Of a stretch of DNA of 32,000 bases, positions 30,371 to 32,000 are shown piece by piece. Where the stretch lies: contig MTSL01000014.1 in the NCBI GenBank assembly GCA_002794465.1, positions 30,001-62,000 of the forward strand, written 5' to 3'. Origin of the DNA: Paramicrosporidium saccamoebae KSL3 (lineage: Eukaryota; Fungi; Cryptomycota). Position 1 is the stretch's first letter; every line of letters starts with the position of its first letter. The notes under the pieces were generated by a model. It did not search any database. It saw only the letters and a list, made by a program, of their open reading frames with translations, and was not told the origin of the DNA. The position numbers and the translations under genes were made by a program.

Positions 30371-30802
30371 TCACTCGCCTATAAGGGGAATAATAACGAC
30401 CTCTGTCGCCGCACCACCCAGTGATTTTTTACTAAAGTTCCTAAGTATTTCCTCTAGACAAGATTGTGACATTCCAGGAAACCCGCCCAAAACAACCACT
30501 AGCAAGTCATCGGCTTGGATTGTACTTTGCTCTGGCAATCTAATGAGCCCTTCGAGCTCGCGTCGATACGTACGCCAAAGGATAGCACCCTCATAGCTAA
30601 TTTGCAGTCCCTTTGGTACCAATTTGATCAGCGCAAAGTTGTCGTGAACCTGAAGCTCAATATGGTCGGAAGTCTTGTGCACTTTAACGGCTGAACCGTC
30701 ACGTACAATAGGTCTTCCGAGCCGAAGACCATAGCGTCCAAATCTTGATGCGCTTACAAACTTCAATAAGGCGCATATAAGCACGAGGAGGATTGTCTTC
30801 AT
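30371..30802 (-). CDS. Small secreted protein, family member 7 (143 aa)
   Basis: Signal peptide MKTILLVLICALLKFVSA; LRLGR; VHDNFALI; ADDLLVVVLG; ends IGE*; 56% identical (80/143) to member 8. Confidence 0.88.
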   Translation of the reverse strand: MKTILLVLICALLKFVSASRFGRYGLRLGRPIVRDGSAVKVHKTSDHIELQVHDNFALIKLVPKGLQISYEGAILWRTYRRELEGLIRLPEQSTIQADDLLVVVLGGFPGMSQSCLEEILRNFSKKSLGGAATEVVIIPLIGE

Positions 30803-30859
30803 GAAACGTTGTCGTCTTGTGCGTCGCGTAGTAGGTCAATCACTACGGAACACGTCACA
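30803..30859 (-). promoter_or_regulatory. Conserved upstream block of the triplicated genes (homologs at ~29900-29955 and 31694-31749), containing CTACGCGAC
   Basis: 52/57 identity to the block upstream of member 8; non-coding (in-frame stop and a 1-nt indel). Confidence 0.65.
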
Positions 30860-31261
30860 ATGCTTCGGCCAAGCAAGGGCGAACCTTTATTACCATTAGG
30901 TGTACTTTTATTGGTCAGTCCGATCTGATTGTATAATACCCTACTCAAATTCTCAGTGCAGAGTCCATGGAGCATCTGCCATCGCTTTACTATTTAAATG
31001 AGAGTAGCATGCTATTTCATATTGACTAATGAGTATTCATAAGCAATCCACATTCTCACCAGTTCATAATCCTGCCTTATCTCTTTAAATAATCGACCAA
31101 ACTCATTGCTACCTATTGGCAATTGCTACCTGATCTCAGAATAGTACCGAGATTTATTCAAGATTCTAATCATCACTAACTCATTGACTTCTGATTATCA
31201 CGTAGCTGGGGACAAATAGAAACACTTGAAAACTCAGTATCAATATACTATTTATGCAGAC

Positions 31262-31693
31262 TTACTCGCCTATAAGGGGAATAGCGACGATCTCTGCCGC
31301 CGAAGCATTCTCTGATTTTTCACCAAAGTTTGTAAGTATTTCCTCTAGACAGGACCTTGTCATTTCAGGAGACCCACCCAAAATAACTACCAGCACGTCA
31401 TTGGCTCGATGTTCACTATTTTCTGGCAATCTAATGAGTTTTCCCAGCTTGCGGCGATACATACGCCAAAGGACGGCACCGGTAGAATGAACTTGCGCTC
31501 CCTTCAGTGTCAATTCGACTAGCGCACGGTTTTCGCGCACACGGAGCCCAACACGGTGAGGATTCCAGTTAGCTTTAACAGGTGAATCCTCACGTATAAT
31601 AGGTTCTCCGAGCCGAAAAATGTAACGTGGAAATCCTGATGCAATTGCAAGCTTTAAAAGAGCGCATAGAAGCACAAGAAAGATTGCTTTCAT
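31262..31693 (-). CDS. Small secreted protein, family member 8 (143 aa)
   Basis: Signal peptide MKAIFLVLLCALLKLAIA; FRLGE; VRENRALV; ANDVLVVILG; ends IGE*. Confidence 0.88.
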   Translation of the reverse strand: MKAIFLVLLCALLKLAIASGFPRYIFRLGEPIIREDSPVKANWNPHRVGLRVRENRALVELTLKGAQVHSTGAVLWRMYRRKLGKLIRLPENSEHRANDVLVVILGGSPEMTRSCLEEILTNFGEKSENASAAEIVAIPLIGE

Positions 31694-31809
31694 GAAAGTT
31701 GCCGTCCTGTGCGTCGTGTAGTAGGTTAATCACTACGGAACACGTCACAGCACTTCGGTCAAGCGGGGCCGAACCTTTCACTACCCTTAAATGTACTTTT
31801 GACAGACCA

Positions 31810-32000
31810 AATCTGATTGTGAAATTTCCTAATCTAACTGCGGGGCCTCCTAATCTGATTGTGAACCCCCTAATCTAACTGTGGGGCCTCTTAATCTGAT
31901 TGTGAACCTCCTAATCTGATTGTAAAACCCCTTAATCTGATCGTAAAATCCCCTAATCTGATTGTAAAATCCCTTAATCTGATTGTGAAGCCCCTAATCT
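31810..32000. repeat. 20-21-bp minisatellite running off the window edge (at least 9 full units, two unit types)
   Basis: aatct recurs at 31810, 31831, 31852, 31872, 31893, 31913, 31934, 31955, 31976 and 31996. Confidence 0.95.

Larger units (their letters stand above)
29300..31820. repeat. Tandem triplication of a ~900-bp unit (3' flank + secreted gene + promoter)
   Basis: ATG spacing is 903 and 891 bp; flanks are homologous (cacgtagctgggg in all three 3' flanks; shared upstream block). Boundaries approximate. Confidence 0.85.

Noticed and set aside
29376-31270. Spliced 3' extension of members 6-8 (stops sit in GA|GTAAAT, GA|GTGAAT, GA|GTAAGT, and the conserved 3' flank reads IDTEFSS..CPQLR)
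   Set aside because: No YAG acceptor at 28-35 nt, AATAAA follows the stops in two copies, the terminal Glu is shared with members 1-3, and the flank shows no clear synonymous bias.
18246-31693. Secreted family as microsporidian ricin-B lectin-like proteins
   Set aside because: No QxW repeats or threefold internal symmetry are visible.
1383-31781. The many short ORFs overlapping or antisense to called genes
   Set aside because: Shadow frames of well-supported genes (TOP2, TFC3, SLA2 and others) with no independent motifs.
31810-32000. Telomere (CCCTAA occurs at 31868, 31951 and 31992)
   Set aside because: The hexamers are embedded in 20-21-bp units, and the C-rich strand is on +, the wrong orientation for a right-hand chromosome end.

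Overview
Compact, gene-dense eukaryotic (fungal-like) DNA, not prokaryotic. I read 13 housekeeping or single-copy genes: an orphan type I membrane protein, Acinus, two AVT-type amino-acid transporters, a PRR1-like kinase, TOP2, Rab-GDI, SLA2, a GRAM/VASt (LAM) protein, a YCK/CK1-gamma casein kinase, TFC3, UTP5 and MDM35. Twelve very short introns (28-35 nt, all GTA...YAG) can be placed by restoring conserved protein motifs; this recovers exons the ORF track misses in the CK1 gene, TFC3 and MDM35. Compaction, tiny introns, retained MDM35 and fungal-type genes suggest an early-diverging Rozellomycota/microsporidia-related parasite such as Paramicrosporidium (inference only, unverified). The best candidate for a novel system is an 8-member family of small (143-164 aa) signal-peptide proteins in two facing arrays (18.2-20.4 kb on +, 27.5-31.7 kb on -). 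Their conserved pattern resembles a degenerate FHA fold, and the youngest copies have diverged more in coding sequence than in their promoters. Also seen: a dispersed ~130-bp repeat, several minisatellites (one grown from the family's own promoter motif), stop codons fused to AATAAA, and a possible mitochondrial presequence on TOP2. All alignments and identities are hand counts; no searches were run.
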